Positions 1-8,690 are shown, counted from the first letter of the stretch. The stretch: DNA of 64,000 nt from an uncultured Flammeovirgaceae bacterium (GCA_913045135.1 CAJWQD010000006.1:159-64158), one strand, 5' to 3'. Numbers and translations are program-made. The notes: generated from the sequence alone by a model not told the origin.

Positions 1-1
1 T

Positions 2-382
2 AACGCAAAGGCTTGGTTATATAGAATTTTAAAAAACAGTTTTATAAATGATTTCAGGAAGAAAAGTAAGGAGCCTGCCAAAGTAGATTACCAAGAAGTT
101 GAGAACTTTTACAACTCGGAAAACGTAGACGAAGAGAAAACAATTGATCTAAGAATAGATGCTGTGCGCGACATGATTGGTGACGAAGTTAGTTTAGCGC
201 TTTCTTCATTGGCCGTTGACTTTAGAACGGTCATCATTTTGTGTGACTTGGAAGGTTTTACTTACGACGAATTGTCAAAAATATTAGATATTCCGATTGG
301 AACAGTTCGATCCAGATTGCATAGAGCACGAAATTTATTAAAGGAAAAACTTAGCGTTTATGCGTCAAGTATGGGTTACTGA
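2..382 (+). CDS. ECF-type sigma-70 family RNA polymerase sigma factor, C-terminal part (5' end outside window)
   Basis: Frame 2 is open from the window edge to TGA 380-382. The translation NAKAWLYRILKNSFINDFRK ... FRTVIILCDLEGFTYDELSKILDIPIGTVRSRLHRARNLLKEKL shows a region 2 tail and a typical region 4.2 HTH. Confidence 0.85.
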   Translation, partial: NAKAWLYRILKNSFINDFRKKSKEPAKVDYQEVENFYNSENVDEEKTIDLRIDAVRDMIGDEVSLALSSLAVDFRTVIILCDLEGFTYDELSKILDIPIGTVRSRLHRARNLLKEKLSVYASSMGY

Positions 383-654
383 CAACTAGTGGGTGCTTTG
401 AACACCAAAGAGAAACCGAACATTTTAATGCAAGCAAGCTAACCAGAACATACTAATGTTTGCTAATACTCCATGGTAAATGTCTAAAGCTTGAAAACTC
501 TTCGCCAATTCAACTCATAAATGGTTGTCCTGGTGCCACGAGTAATATGGGCCAGGATATCACATTTGTATTTTAATTAGCACAAAATTGAAAAAAAAAT
601 TTATTCCTACTAACTTTACCAACGAATAAAAAATAGTGTAGCCTCAAAAAATAA

Positions 655-1230
655 ATGATAGTGGGAAAGGCGGTGATCTTCTCGGCACCTTCAGGATCAG
701 GAAAATCCACCATTGTAAAACATCTTTTGAATAAACGCAGAGATTTGGAATTTTCAATTTCGGCGACTACTCGTGCTCGCAGGCCTGACGAGGTAGGTGG
801 CAAGGACTACCACTTTCTCACGAAGAAAGATTTTCTTGGCAAAGTAGATAATGGTTCTTTCTTAGAATATGAGGAGGTCTATCCAGGCATTTATTATGGA
901 ACTTTACAATCAGAACTAGATCAGATATGGAAAGCCGGTAATCATGTTATTTTTGATCTTGATGTTAAGGGAGGTATAAAACTTAATGAAATTCTTAAAA
1001 TTAGAGCGCTAGCTATTTTTATAAAAGTAGGAGATTTGTCTACATTAAAAAATCGATTAATTGCACGGGGTACTGAAAATTTAGATCAAATTACCTTAAG
1101 ATTAGCCAAAGCGTCTGAGGAGACCGCGTTTGAATCAAAATTTGATGTATCAATAATTAACAATGACTTGGATAAGGCACTCCAAAAAGCCGAAGAGGTA
1201 ATAAATCAATTTTTAAAGGAGGACATATGA
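655..1230 (+). CDS. gmk: guanylate kinase
   Basis: 191 aa. P-loop AVIFSAPSGSGKST, TTRARRPDEVGGKDYHF and YEEVYPGIYYGT are typical of Gmk. Confidence 0.93.
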   Translation: MIVGKAVIFSAPSGSGKSTIVKHLLNKRRDLEFSISATTRARRPDEVGGKDYHFLTKKDFLGKVDNGSFLEYEEVYPGIYYGTLQSELDQIWKAGNHVIFDLDVKGGIKLNEILKIRALAIFIKVGDLSTLKNRLIARGTENLDQITLRLAKASEETAFESKFDVSIINNDLDKALQKAEEVINQFLKEDI

Positions 1231-1799
1231 AAATTGGACTTTTTTTTGGCTCTTTTGATCCCATTCATATAGGACATCTAATCGTGGCTAATATGGTGTA
1301 TGAAATGTCAGTCATGGATCAAATTTGGTTTATTGTTTCCCCACAAAATCCATTTAAAGAAAATAAAACTTTATTAGATGAATTTGATCGATTTGACCTC
1401 GTTAACCTTGCCATTCGAGATCATGATCATTTTAGATCCCGTGATGTAGAGTTTAATTTACCGCGGCCTAACTATACCATTGACACCATGACGTATATCA
1501 AGTCGCGTTATCTAGACCATGAGTTTAAGTTGATTGTGGGAGAGGATAATTTAGTTCAATTCAAAAAGTGGAAAAATTATCAAGAAATATTGAACCAATA
1601 TGGCATCATCATTTATCCTAGAAAAGTTAATCTTGAAACTCCTTTGATCAATCATGAAAACGTCGAGTTGATATCTGCTCCGCGACTTGATATTTCTGCT
1701 TCCCAAATAAGACAAATGTTGCGAGCAGGGAAAGTTCCCAAATATTTAGTTCCTGAAGAAGTTTTGAAGCTAATTGAATTAAAAAAGTATTATACTTAA
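1227..1799 (+). CDS. nadD: nicotinate-nucleotide adenylyltransferase
   Basis: 190 aa. Has the GSFDPIHIGHL (HxGH) nucleotidyltransferase motif and ISASQIR. ATGA overlap with the gmk stop. Confidence 0.9.
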   Translation: MKIGLFFGSFDPIHIGHLIVANMVYEMSVMDQIWFIVSPQNPFKENKTLLDEFDRFDLVNLAIRDHDHFRSRDVEFNLPRPNYTIDTMTYIKSRYLDHEFKLIVGEDNLVQFKKWKNYQEILNQYGIIIYPRKVNLETPLINHENVELISAPRLDISASQIRQMLRAGKVPKYLVPEEVLKLIELKKYYT

Positions 1800-2356
1800 A
1801 GTATCATTATTTCTTTTTTCTTCACTTCGAAGACACTGTCAATTTTTTTCACATGTTCATCTGTATACTTTTGAACATTTGTTTCAGCATTTTTGATTAG
1901 ATCTTCCGAAAAACCCTCCTTCAATAATTTTCTCAATTGTTCGTTTGTTTCTTTTCTGATATTTCGAATAGAAATTTTCCCATTTTCAGTAGCAGCTTTC
2001 GCTTGCTTAACCAAGATGATTCTTCGTTCTTCGGTGAGTACAGGAATGTTAATAGAGACGATTTCACCATCATTTTGTGGGTTAAAACCTAAATCACTGT
2101 TGATTATTACTTTTTCAATTTCCCCAATAATTGATTTTTCCCAAGGTTTTATTATCAAAGTACGCGCATCTGGAGTAGTAATAGAAGCCACTTGATTAAT
2201 GGGAGTTGAATTACCATAATAGTCCACATTAAGTGAATCCAACATACTAGGCATTGCTTTGCCTGCTTTAATTTTCGATAATTCTTTTGACAATCGAGCA
2301 AGAGACTTTTCCATAGTCTCTAGTGCATGCTTTAGAAAAAAGTCTACTTCCTCCAT
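1796..2356 (-). CDS. frr: ribosome recycling factor
   Basis: 186 aa, full-length RRF-like sequence (LDSLNVDYYGNSTPINQVASITTPDARTLIIKPW ... ISIRNIRKE). Confidence 0.95.
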   Translation of the reverse strand: MEEVDFFLKHALETMEKSLARLSKELSKIKAGKAMPSMLDSLNVDYYGNSTPINQVASITTPDARTLIIKPWEKSIIGEIEKVIINSDLGFNPQNDGEIVSINIPVLTEERRIILVKQAKAATENGKISIRNIRKETNEQLRKLLKEGFSEDLIKNAETNVQKYTDEHVKKIDSVFEVKKKEIMIL

Positions 2357-2360
2357 GTCA

Positions 2361-3065
2361 TTAGTTGATTAAAGTACCTAATTCTTGACCCTCTAAAATC
2401 TTCTTTAAATTGCCTTTTTCATTCAAATCAAAAACTATTATTGGAAGGTTATTTTCTTGGCATAAGGTAAAGGCAGTCATGTCCATAACATTGAGATTTC
2501 GCTCAAAGACCTCGTTAAACGTAATTTTGGAAAATTTAATTGCATTGGGGTCTTTCTCTGGATCGGCAGAATAAACACCATCTACACGCGTTCCCTTGAG
2601 TACAACATCTGCTTCAATTTCAATGGCCCTTAAACTTGCAGTAGAGTCAGTGGTGAAATAGGGTTTTCCTAACCCCGCTCCAAAAATCACAATTCTACCT
2701 TTTTCTAGATGTCGAATGGCTTTGCGTCGAATAAAAGGTTCACACACTTGTTCTATATTTAAACCACTCATAAGCCGAGTATAAACGCCATATTTTTCCA
2801 AAGCACTTTGAAGGGCCATCGCATTGATCATAGTGGCAAGCATACCCATATAATCGCCTTGCGCTCGATCAATTCCCGCATGCTCTGCCTGAACGCCTCT
2901 ATATATGTTACCTCCACCTATCACAATAGCCAACTCAATCCCAGTTTTTTTAGTTTCTAAAATTTCTAAGGCATACTGATCAAGCTTTTCTGGATCAATA
3001 CCATAGTTTTGATTTCCCATTAAAGATTCACCGCTGACCTTGACTAAAACTCGTTTATACTTCAT
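2361..3065 (-). CDS. pyrH: UMP kinase
   Basis: 234 aa. [24 protein letters not shown] and [10 protein letters not shown] indicate the amino-acid-kinase fold UMP kinase. pyrH-frr pairing is conserved. Confidence 0.95.
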   Translation of the reverse strand: MKYKRVLVKVSGESLMGNQNYGIDPEKLDQYALEILETKKTGIELAIVIGGGNIYRGVQAEHAGIDRAQGDYMGMLATMINAMALQSALEKYGVYTRLMSGLNIEQVCEPFIRRKAIRHLEKGRIVIFGAGLGKPYFTTDSTASLRAIEIEADVVLKGTRVDGVYSADPEKDPNAIKFSKITFNEVFERNLNVMDMTAFTLCQENNLPIIVFDLNEKGNLKKILEGQELGTLIN

Positions 3066-3083
3066 TTAATATTTTAAACCTAG

Positions 3084-3091
3084 CAAATATA
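3084..3091 (-). promoter_or_regulatory. candidate Bacteroidota -7 promoter box for pyrH-frr
   Basis: The reverse complement reads TATATTTG (TAnnTTTG consensus), ending 19 nt upstream of the pyrH ATG. Confidence 0.4.
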
Positions 3092-3857
3092 ACGTTTCTC
3101 TTTAACTGATATATTTTGAATTCAATTAATGTTGATTTTTTTTCACATTATCACGATCAAAGTATTTATTCTTTTGATGATCGCATCTTAACTAACTTTG
3201 ATGATATTTTCCATTATTAGAGTTGTTATTAAAACCATCGGACCTCTTTTAAAAAACCTTTTTTTACCTAGCTAATTAAAATATCGAAATTATTAACTTG
3301 TATTGTGGTATAATAATTTATTGTTTAGGGTATTTTTTGAAGCGATATCCAATTATCTAGTATTAAATATAAGAGTACATTTTACACCTAATCTAACTTT
3401 TTTCTCTTTAATTTGAATATCAATTTATTTCTTTATTTATTGTTGAGTCTAGGATTAAAATTTCATCAATTCATATTGATATTAAACTTAATTTTGATTT
3501 ATATGAAATTGTTAGAAGTTAAAGCAGATTTTCTAAGCAAAAAGATCCTCCACTATCTGATATTTTAAGTTGGCTTTTCCTAGTTAACCTCAAATTTCCT
3601 GACAAAAAAATCAATAGAAATAAATACTTTTTACCAATTGAAAAGAGTCTCTAAGTGGTTTTTATTGAAAAATTTTTTGTTTGAATTTGGATTGAAATGG
3701 AGTAATTATTACGTCGCATAAATGGCATAAAAATTTTGTTTTTAATATATAAAATCAAGGTAAGGAGGAAGAAAAGAGATTTTTGAGCTGCCTTTCATCG
3801 CTAAAATATAATTTGGACTGGGGATCGAGGTATTTTCAAATTAAATTAATTTAAATA

Positions 3858-3888
3858 TTTGAAAAAAAGGAAAATACGTATACTTTTG
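3858..3888 (+). promoter_or_regulatory. candidate promoter of the tRNA-Tyr/Gly/Thr-tuf operon
   Basis: TTTG at 3858-3861, a 19-nt spacer, then TACTTTTG at 3881-3888 (Bacteroidota -33 TTTG / -7 TAnnTTTG architecture). It lies about 43 nt upstream of tRNA-Tyr. Confidence 0.55.
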
Positions 3889-3930
3889 CAATCCTTTTTC
3901 ACAAGATTATTGTGTTTAAGAAAGTTCTTA

Positions 3931-4013
3931 GGGGGGATACCAAAGCGGCCAACTGGGACGGACTGTAAATCCGTTGACTTATGTCTTCGAAGGTTCGAAT
4001 CCTTCTCCCCCCA
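3931..4013 (+). tRNA. tRNA-Tyr (anticodon GTA), class II long variable arm
   Basis: Hand-folded cloverleaf. Acceptor GGGGGGA/TCCCCCC, anticodon stem ACGGA/TCCGT with loop CTGTAAA, long variable arm, T arm GAAGG-TTCGAAT-CCTTC. No encoded CCA. Confidence 0.93.
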
Positions 4014-4035
4014 CGTATTTTTAAAAAAATCTCAA

Positions 4036-4108
4036 GCGGGTGTAGCTCAGTTGGTAGAGCGACAGCCTTCCAAGCTGTAGGTCGCCGGTTCGAACCTGGT
4101 CACCCGCT
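4036..4108 (+). tRNA. tRNA-Gly (anticodon TCC)
   Basis: Acceptor GCGGGTG/CACCCGC, D arm TAGCTCAGTTGGTAGAGC, anticodon stem ACAGC/GCTGT with loop CTTCCAA, T loop TTCGAAC. Confidence 0.93.
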
Positions 4109-4185
4109 CAGATTAATAGTTAGTAAGTTTGAGTTTCTGGAGTTGATTGTTCTAATTTTGGGGCTTTCGCCTTTACAAGCAATCA

Positions 4186-4257
4186 GCCGACGTAGCTCAG
4201 GGGCAGAGCGTTTCCTTGGTAAGGAAAAGGTCATGGGTTCAACTCCCATCGTTGGCT
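4186..4257 (+). tRNA. tRNA-Thr (anticodon GGT)
   Basis: Acceptor GCCGACG/CGTTGGC, anticodon stem TTTCC/GGAAA with loop TTGGTAA, T arm ATGGG-TTCAACT-CCCAT. Tyr-Gly-Thr-tuf matches the ancient tyrU-glyT-thrT-tufB order. Confidence 0.92.
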
Positions 4258-4425
4258 CTACTCTTATTTTGATGTAAATAATTGTTGTATTTAATTTATA
4301 TTACACGCAACTGAGTTATAACGAAATGAATGGAAATAAGTTAAATGAATAAAGTTAATTGGAATTAGAATAATTAAATATTTTTACAAACAAGAATTAA
4401 ATTATAAACCTGAGGATTATCAAAA

Positions 4426-5613
4426 ATGGCAAAACAAAACTTTGATCGCTCAAAAGCGCACGTAAATATTGGAACTATTGGTCACGTTGACCATGGAAAA
4501 ACAACCCTAACCGCTGCTATATCTGCCGTTCTTTCCGGAAAAGGATTGGCAGAACAAAGGGATTTTTCATCCATTGATAATGCGCCTGAGGAAAAAGAAA
4601 GGGGTATCACAATTAATACTTCTCATATTGAGTATGAGACTGCAAATCGTCATTATGCTCACGTTGACTGTCCGGGTCACGCTGATTATGTTAAAAATAT
4701 GGTTACAGGAGCTGCCCAAATGGATGGCGCAATAATTGTAGTAGCTGCTACAGATGGACCGATGCCCCAGACACGCGAGCACATTCTTTTATCGCGTCAG
4801 GTGGGGGTCCCTGCCCTTGTGGTATTTATGAATAAGGTTGATTTGGTTGATGATCCTGAATTACTTGAGCTTGTCGAGATGGAGGTTAGAGAATTATTGT
4901 CTTTCTATGATTTTCCTGGAGATGACATACCGATAATTCAAGGTTCGGCACTTGGGGCTCTCAATGGCGATACAAAGTGGGTTGAAAAGATCGAAGAACT
5001 TATGACTGCGGTTGATGAATTCATTCCGATCCCAACCAGACTTACTGATAAAGATTTTTTGATGCCAGTTGAAGATGTTTTTTCAATCACAGGAAGAGGA
5101 ACGGTAGCTACGGGAAGAGTAGAAAGAGGTGTGATTAACTCGGGAGACCCGGTCGATATCATTGGTATGGGTGCAGAAGATTTGAAATCGACCATTACTG
5201 GGGTTGAAATGTTTAGAAAAATTCTAGACCGAGGAGAAGCAGGCGATAATGTTGGACTGTTATTAAGAGGTATTGAAAAAGATCAAATTAAAAGAGGTAT
5301 GATTATCTGCAAGCCGGCATCAGTAACACCTCATCAAAAATTTAAAGCTGAAGTTTATGTACTGTCGAAAGAAGAAGGAGGAAGACACACTCCTTTTTTT
5401 AACAAGTACAGACCTCAATTCTATTGCAGAACAACCGATGTTACTGGAGAAATAATTCTTCCTGAAAATATTGAAATGGTCATGCCTGGTGATAATGTAA
5501 GCATTGAAGTGTCTTTGATCAACAAGATTGCCATGGAGAAAGGACTAAGATTCGCTATTAGAGAGGGTGGTCGAACTGTCGGATCAGGTCAGGTAACTGA
5601 AATATTAGACTAA
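4426..5613 (+). CDS. tuf: elongation factor Tu
   Basis: 395 aa. [15 protein letters not shown] and NKVD G-motifs with full-length EF-Tu similarity. Confidence 0.99.
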   Translation: MAKQNFDRSKAHVNIGTIGHVDHGKTTLTAAISAVLSGKGLAEQRDFSSIDNAPEEKERGITINTSHIEYETANRHYAHVDCPGHADYVKNMVTGAAQMDGAIIVVAATDGPMPQTREHILLSRQVGVPALVVFMNKVDLVDDPELLELVEMEVRELLSFYDFPGDDIPIIQGSALGALNGDTKWVEKIEELMTAVDEFIPIPTRLTDKDFLMPVEDVFSITGRGTVATGRVERGVINSGDPVDIIGMGAEDLKSTITGVEMFRKILDRGEAGDNVGLLLRGIEKDQIKRGMIICKPASVTPHQKFKAEVYVLSKEEGGRHTPFFNKYRPQFYCRTTDVTGEIILPENIEMVMPGDNVSIEVSLINKIAMEKGLRFAIREGGRTVGSGQVTEILD

Positions 5614-5621
5614 AACCCATT

Positions 5622-5666
5622 AAAACAAATGTGATCCTGAAATATTATCAGCATCACATTTGTTTT
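5622..5666 (+). terminator. long hairpin terminator downstream of tuf
   Basis: Perfect 14-bp arms AAAACAAATGTGAT (5622-5635) / ATCACATTTGTTTT (5653-5666). An inner CTGA/TCAG pairing is present, followed by a T-rich tract. Confidence 0.7.
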
Positions 5667-5689
5667 CAATTTTAATTCATCTAACTTTG
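5659..5689 (+). promoter_or_regulatory. candidate promoter of tRNA-Trp-secE-nusG-rplKAJL
   Basis: TTTG at 5659-5662 (inside the terminator 3' arm), a 19-nt spacer, then TAACTTTG at 5682-5689. tRNA-Trp starts at 5714. Confidence 0.5.
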
Positions 5690-5713
5690 CAATCCTTTTG
5701 AGCGCATGGTTAT

Positions 5714-5786
5714 ACGGGTGTAGCTCAATTGGCAGAGTAGTGGTCTCCAAAACCATTGGTTGGGGGTTCGAGTCCCTCCTCCCGTG
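5714..5786 (+). tRNA. tRNA-Trp (anticodon CCA)
   Basis: Anticodon stem GTGGT/ACCAT with loop CTCCAAA, T arm GGGGG-TTCGAGT-CCCTC. The acceptor ACGGGTG/CTCCCGT has one T-T mismatch. This is the conserved position before secE. Confidence 0.88.
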
Positions 5787-5796
5787 CTAAAAAAAT

Positions 5797-5988
5797 ATGT
5801 GGCAGATAAAAACTTTTTTTATAGATTCCTATGATGAGCTTGTCCATAAGGTGACTTGGCCAAAGTATGGAGAACTGAGTAATAGTTCTATTCTGGTTTT
5901 GGTATCCTCATTAATTTTTGCTTTGCTGATAGGCCTTATTGATTTATCTTTTGACAATTTAGTGTCTTGGTTTTATAACGAGTTTTGA
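5797..5988 (+). CDS. secE: preprotein translocase subunit SecE
   Basis: 63 aa with a single C-terminal TM helix (ILVLVSSLIFALLIGLIDL) and KVTWP motif. Located between tRNA-Trp and nusG. Confidence 0.9.
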   Translation: MWQIKTFFIDSYDELVHKVTWPKYGELSNSSILVLVSSLIFALLIGLIDLSFDNLVSWFYNEF

Positions 5989-5990
5989 CA

Positions 5991-6548
5991 ATGTCTGATT
6001 TGAAATGGTATGTAGTTCGCGCGGTAAGTGGTCAGGAAAGAAAAGTTAAATCTTACCTTGATAATGAAATAGCTCGAAATGAAATGGAGGCTACTATTAC
6101 GCAGGTTCTTATTCCCGCAGAAAAAGTCTATGAAATGAGAAATGGTAAAAAGCGTGTCAGAGAGCGCAACTTTTTTCCAGGCTACATTTTGGTCTCAGCA
6201 GATTTAAGTTTTGGTGAGACCCAACACTTAATAACAAGTATTCCCGGTGTTATTGGCTTCTTGGGTGCCGGAGGCATGGGTACAAGTAAAGAACCAGTTG
6301 CCTTAAGGCAAAATGAGGTTAACCGAATTCTAGGAAAGGTTGATGAAGTAGAGGAGTCTGAAGAAATGTTAGGAACACCTTTTATCATTGGTGAAGGAGT
6401 CAAAGTTATGGACGGACCTTTTAGTGGTTTTACAGGAACCGTTGAAGAGATTTTTGAGGATCGGAAGAAGCTTAATGTAACAGTTAAAATTTTTGGTAGA
6501 AATACGCCTGTAGAATTAAACTATGTACAGGTCGAAAAAGAAGATTAA
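5991..6548 (+). CDS. nusG: transcription termination/antitermination factor NusG
   Basis: [18 protein letters not shown] domain and a C-terminal KOW ([20 protein letters not shown]). I prefer ATG 5991 to the track's TTG 5985, which overlaps the secE stop. Confidence 0.95.
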   Translation: MSDLKWYVVRAVSGQERKVKSYLDNEIARNEMEATITQVLIPAEKVYEMRNGKKRVRERNFFPGYILVSADLSFGETQHLITSIPGVIGFLGAGGMGTSKEPVALRQNEVNRILGKVDEVEESEEMLGTPFIIGEGVKVMDGPFSGFTGTVEEIFEDRKKLNVTVKIFGRNTPVELNYVQVEKED

Positions 6549-6549
6549 G

Positions 6550-6999
6550 ATGGCAAAAGAAATTTCAGGATATCTTAAGTTGCAAGTTCGGGGGGGGCAA
6601 GCCAATCCGTCCCCCCCTGTAGGACCTGCTTTGGGCTCTAAAGGCCTTAATATAATGGATTTTTGCAAACAATTTAATGCAAGAAGTCAGGAAAAGATGG
6701 GTCAATTATTACCTGTTTTGGTAACGATATATGTAGACAAGAGCTTCGACTTTGTCATAAAAACACCGCCGGCTCCTGTGATGATTTTAGAGGCAATCAA
6801 AAAAAAGAAAGGTTCATCAGAGCCAAACAGAGATAAGGTAGGTTCTATTAGCTGGGATCAAATAAAGCAAATAGCAGAGGTTAAAATGCCTGACCTGAAT
6901 GCCTTTAGGATAGAATCAGCAATGAAAATGGTGGCAGGAACTGCGAGAAGTATGGGGGTTCAGGTGCAAGGAGAATTTCCCAAAATAAAAATATTGTAA
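6550..6999 (+). CDS. rplK: 50S ribosomal protein L11
   Basis: [29 protein letters not shown]. The start is set at ATG 6550; the track ORF begins upstream inside nusG. Confidence 0.96.
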   Translation: MAKEISGYLKLQVRGGQANPSPPVGPALGSKGLNIMDFCKQFNARSQEKMGQLLPVLVTIYVDKSFDFVIKTPPAPVMILEAIKKKKGSSEPNRDKVGSISWDQIKQIAEVKMPDLNAFRIESAMKMVAGTARSMGVQVQGEFPKIKIL

Positions 7000-7012
7000 T
7001 CTGGCTGTTGGA

Positions 7013-7711
7013 ATGGGAAAATTAACAAAAAATCAGAAAAAGGCCCTGGAAATTTATGATCCAGCTAAGATATATTCAATTGAGGAAGCCTCTAAAATTG
7101 TTAAAAAGATAACCTTTAGCAAATTTGACAGTTCTGTTGATTTAGATATAAGGTTGGGTGTTGATCCCAAAAAAGCCGATCAAATGGTAAGAGGTGTAGT
7201 TACGCTACCCAACGGCATGGGTAAAAATGTTAAAGTACTCGTTCTCTGTACCCCAGATAAAGAAGAAGAAGCAAAAGCGGCTGGTGCAGATTATGTGGGA
7301 TTAGATGAATATATCAAGAAGATTGAAGGAGGCTGGACAGAAGTCGATGTTATAATAACAATGCCTACAGTGATGGCAAAAGTTGGTCGTCTTGGAAGAG
7401 TATTAGGACCTAGAAGTTTAATGCCGAATCCAAAGTCAGGTACGGTAACTATGGAGATTGGTAAAGCTGTCACGGAGGTCAAGGCCGGAAAAATTGACTT
7501 TAAAGTTGATAAAACAGGAATTATTCATGCGAGTATTGGTAAAGTTTCCTTTGAAGCAGAGAAGATTTGTGAGAATGCACTAAAGATGTTAACTACGATT
7601 AATAAGTTAAAGCCAGCATCGGCTAAGGGGACTTATTTTCGTTCTATTTCACTTTCTTCAACAATGGGAAGTGGGATAAGTATTGATAAAAGTAGTATTG
7701 TAAGTACTTGA
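7013..7711 (+). CDS. rplA: 50S ribosomal protein L1
   Basis: 232 aa, L1 family ([19 protein letters not shown] ... [15 protein letters not shown]). Confidence 0.97.
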   Translation: MGKLTKNQKKALEIYDPAKIYSIEEASKIVKKITFSKFDSSVDLDIRLGVDPKKADQMVRGVVTLPNGMGKNVKVLVLCTPDKEEEAKAAGADYVGLDEYIKKIEGGWTEVDVIITMPTVMAKVGRLGRVLGPRSLMPNPKSGTVTMEIGKAVTEVKAGKIDFKVDKTGIIHASIGKVSFEAEKICENALKMLTTINKLKPASAKGTYFRSISLSSTMGSGISIDKSSIVST

Positions 7712-7712
7712 T

Positions 7713-8243
7713 ATGACACGAAATGATAAAGGTCAGCAAATTAATGATTTGACCGAAAAATTTAAAGATAACAATCACTTTTACATCACAGATACTTCTG
7801 GGCTAAGTGTTGCCGAAATCAACAAGTTCAGAGGAATGTGTTTTAATGAAGGGGTTGAGTATAAAGTTTTCAAAAATACGTTTATAAAACGGGCACTTGA
7901 CAACTTGGATAATGATTACAGATCCATGCAGTCGATCCTTAAGGGGTTTTCTGGGGTTATGTTTGTAAAAGAAAATGGGAACGCTCCAGCAAAAATCATT
8001 CAAAAATATCGAAAGGATGATGCTAAAGGTAGACCCTATTTTAAGGCAGCTTCCATTAATTCAGATATATTCATTGGTGAAGATCAACTTTCTGCGCTCA
8101 GCGTTTTGAAATCAAAAACAGAGCTTATTGGGGAGGTCATTACGTTGTTACAGTCTCCAGCGAAAAACGTTATTTCTGCTTTACAGAGTGGTAGTAGCAA
8201 ATTAGGTGGAATAATGAAGACATTATCTGAAATAAGTAAATAA
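7713..8243 (+). CDS. rplJ: 50S ribosomal protein L10
   Basis: 176 aa in the conserved rplA-rplJ-rplL position, with L10-like sequence. Confidence 0.93.
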   Translation: MTRNDKGQQINDLTEKFKDNNHFYITDTSGLSVAEINKFRGMCFNEGVEYKVFKNTFIKRALDNLDNDYRSMQSILKGFSGVMFVKENGNAPAKIIQKYRKDDAKGRPYFKAASINSDIFIGEDQLSALSVLKSKTELIGEVITLLQSPAKNVISALQSGSSKLGGIMKTLSEISK

Positions 8244-8267
8244 TTGATCAATAAATAACTAATAAAA

Positions 8268-8642
8268 ATGGCGGATTTAAAAGAATTTGCGGAACAACTT
8301 GTTAATCTTTCGGTAAAAGAGGTAAGTGAGTTAGCAATAATCCTTAAGGATGAATATGGTATAGAGCCTGCTGCAGCAGCAGCACCAGCAATGGTAACGG
8401 GTTCCGGTGGCGGAGAAGCTGCTGAAGAAAAGTCAGCTTTCGATGTAATATTGAAAGCACCAGGGGGTGCCAAATTGGCAATAGTGAAGCTGGTCAAAGA
8501 ATTGACAGGATTAGGTCTAAAAGAGGCTAAAGATCTTGTAGATTCAGCTCCGAAGGCGGTTAAAGAGGGTCTTGCTAAAGAAGAGGCTGAAGGCCTTAAA
8601 AAGCAATTGGAGGAAGCTGGAGCAGAAGTAGAATTAAAGTGA
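8268..8642 (+). CDS. rplL: 50S ribosomal protein L7/L12
   Basis: 124 aa. Ala-rich hinge and C-terminal domain [19 protein letters not shown]...[11 protein letters not shown]. Confidence 0.98.
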   Translation: MADLKEFAEQLVNLSVKEVSELAIILKDEYGIEPAAAAAPAMVTGSGGGEAAEEKSAFDVILKAPGGAKLAIVKLVKELTGLGLKEAKDLVDSAPKAVKEGLAKEEAEGLKKQLEEAGAEVELK

Positions 8643-8663
8643 GTTTTATATAAATATCGGAAC

Positions 8664-8690
8664 AGGCCTGGCCATTTGGTCAGGTCTTTT
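8664..8690 (+). terminator. rplL-rpoB intergenic hairpin (attenuator/partial terminator)
   Basis: AGGCCTGGCC (8664-8673), loop ATTT, GGTCAGGTCT (8678-8687). The 10-bp stem includes two G-U pairs and is followed by TTTT. Confidence 0.6.

Noticed and set aside
573-803. Many track ORFs lie antisense to, or out of frame with, conserved genes. Examples: 573-803, 1893-2195, 4567-4782, 4938-5195, 8084-8497, 11057-11461, 18631-19050, 19568-20166, 23459-23776, 36511-36910 and 50322-50858
   Set aside because: They lie entirely within strongly conserved genes (gmk, frr, tuf, rplL, rpoB, fusA, rplV, eno, fhs). They have low-complexity, Ser/Ile-rich compositions typical of shadow frames, and I recognise no motifs.
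1216-1222. Strong Shine-Dalgarno-like AAGGAGG 4 nt upstream of the nadD ATG in an otherwise SD-poor gene set
   Set aside because: It lies within the gmk coding sequence (codons for ..LKEDI) and the spacing is short. A single occurrence is compatible with coincidence, and there is no evidence for special regulation.
3092-3857. Replication origin (oriC) in the AT-rich spacer
   Set aside because: I found no DnaA-box-like TTATCCACA/TGTGGATAA sequences or clustered near-matches, and no dnaA or dnaN nearby.
3859-4277. Track ORFs 3859-4080 and 3981-4277 (73 and 98 aa)
   Set aside because: They run straight through tRNA-Tyr, tRNA-Gly and tRNA-Thr. Their apparent coding potential is an artefact of the GC-richer tRNA sequence.
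6523-6549. Upstream-extended starts given by the ORF track for rplK (6523), rplE (26227), rplO (29209), nusG (5985), secY (29664), the second SDR (42545) and the WD40 gene (58484)
   Set aside because: Each extension overlaps the preceding gene or a promoter box and adds residues absent from the conserved family N-terminus. An ATG giving the canonical N-terminus (e.g. [28 protein letters not shown]) lies just downstream.
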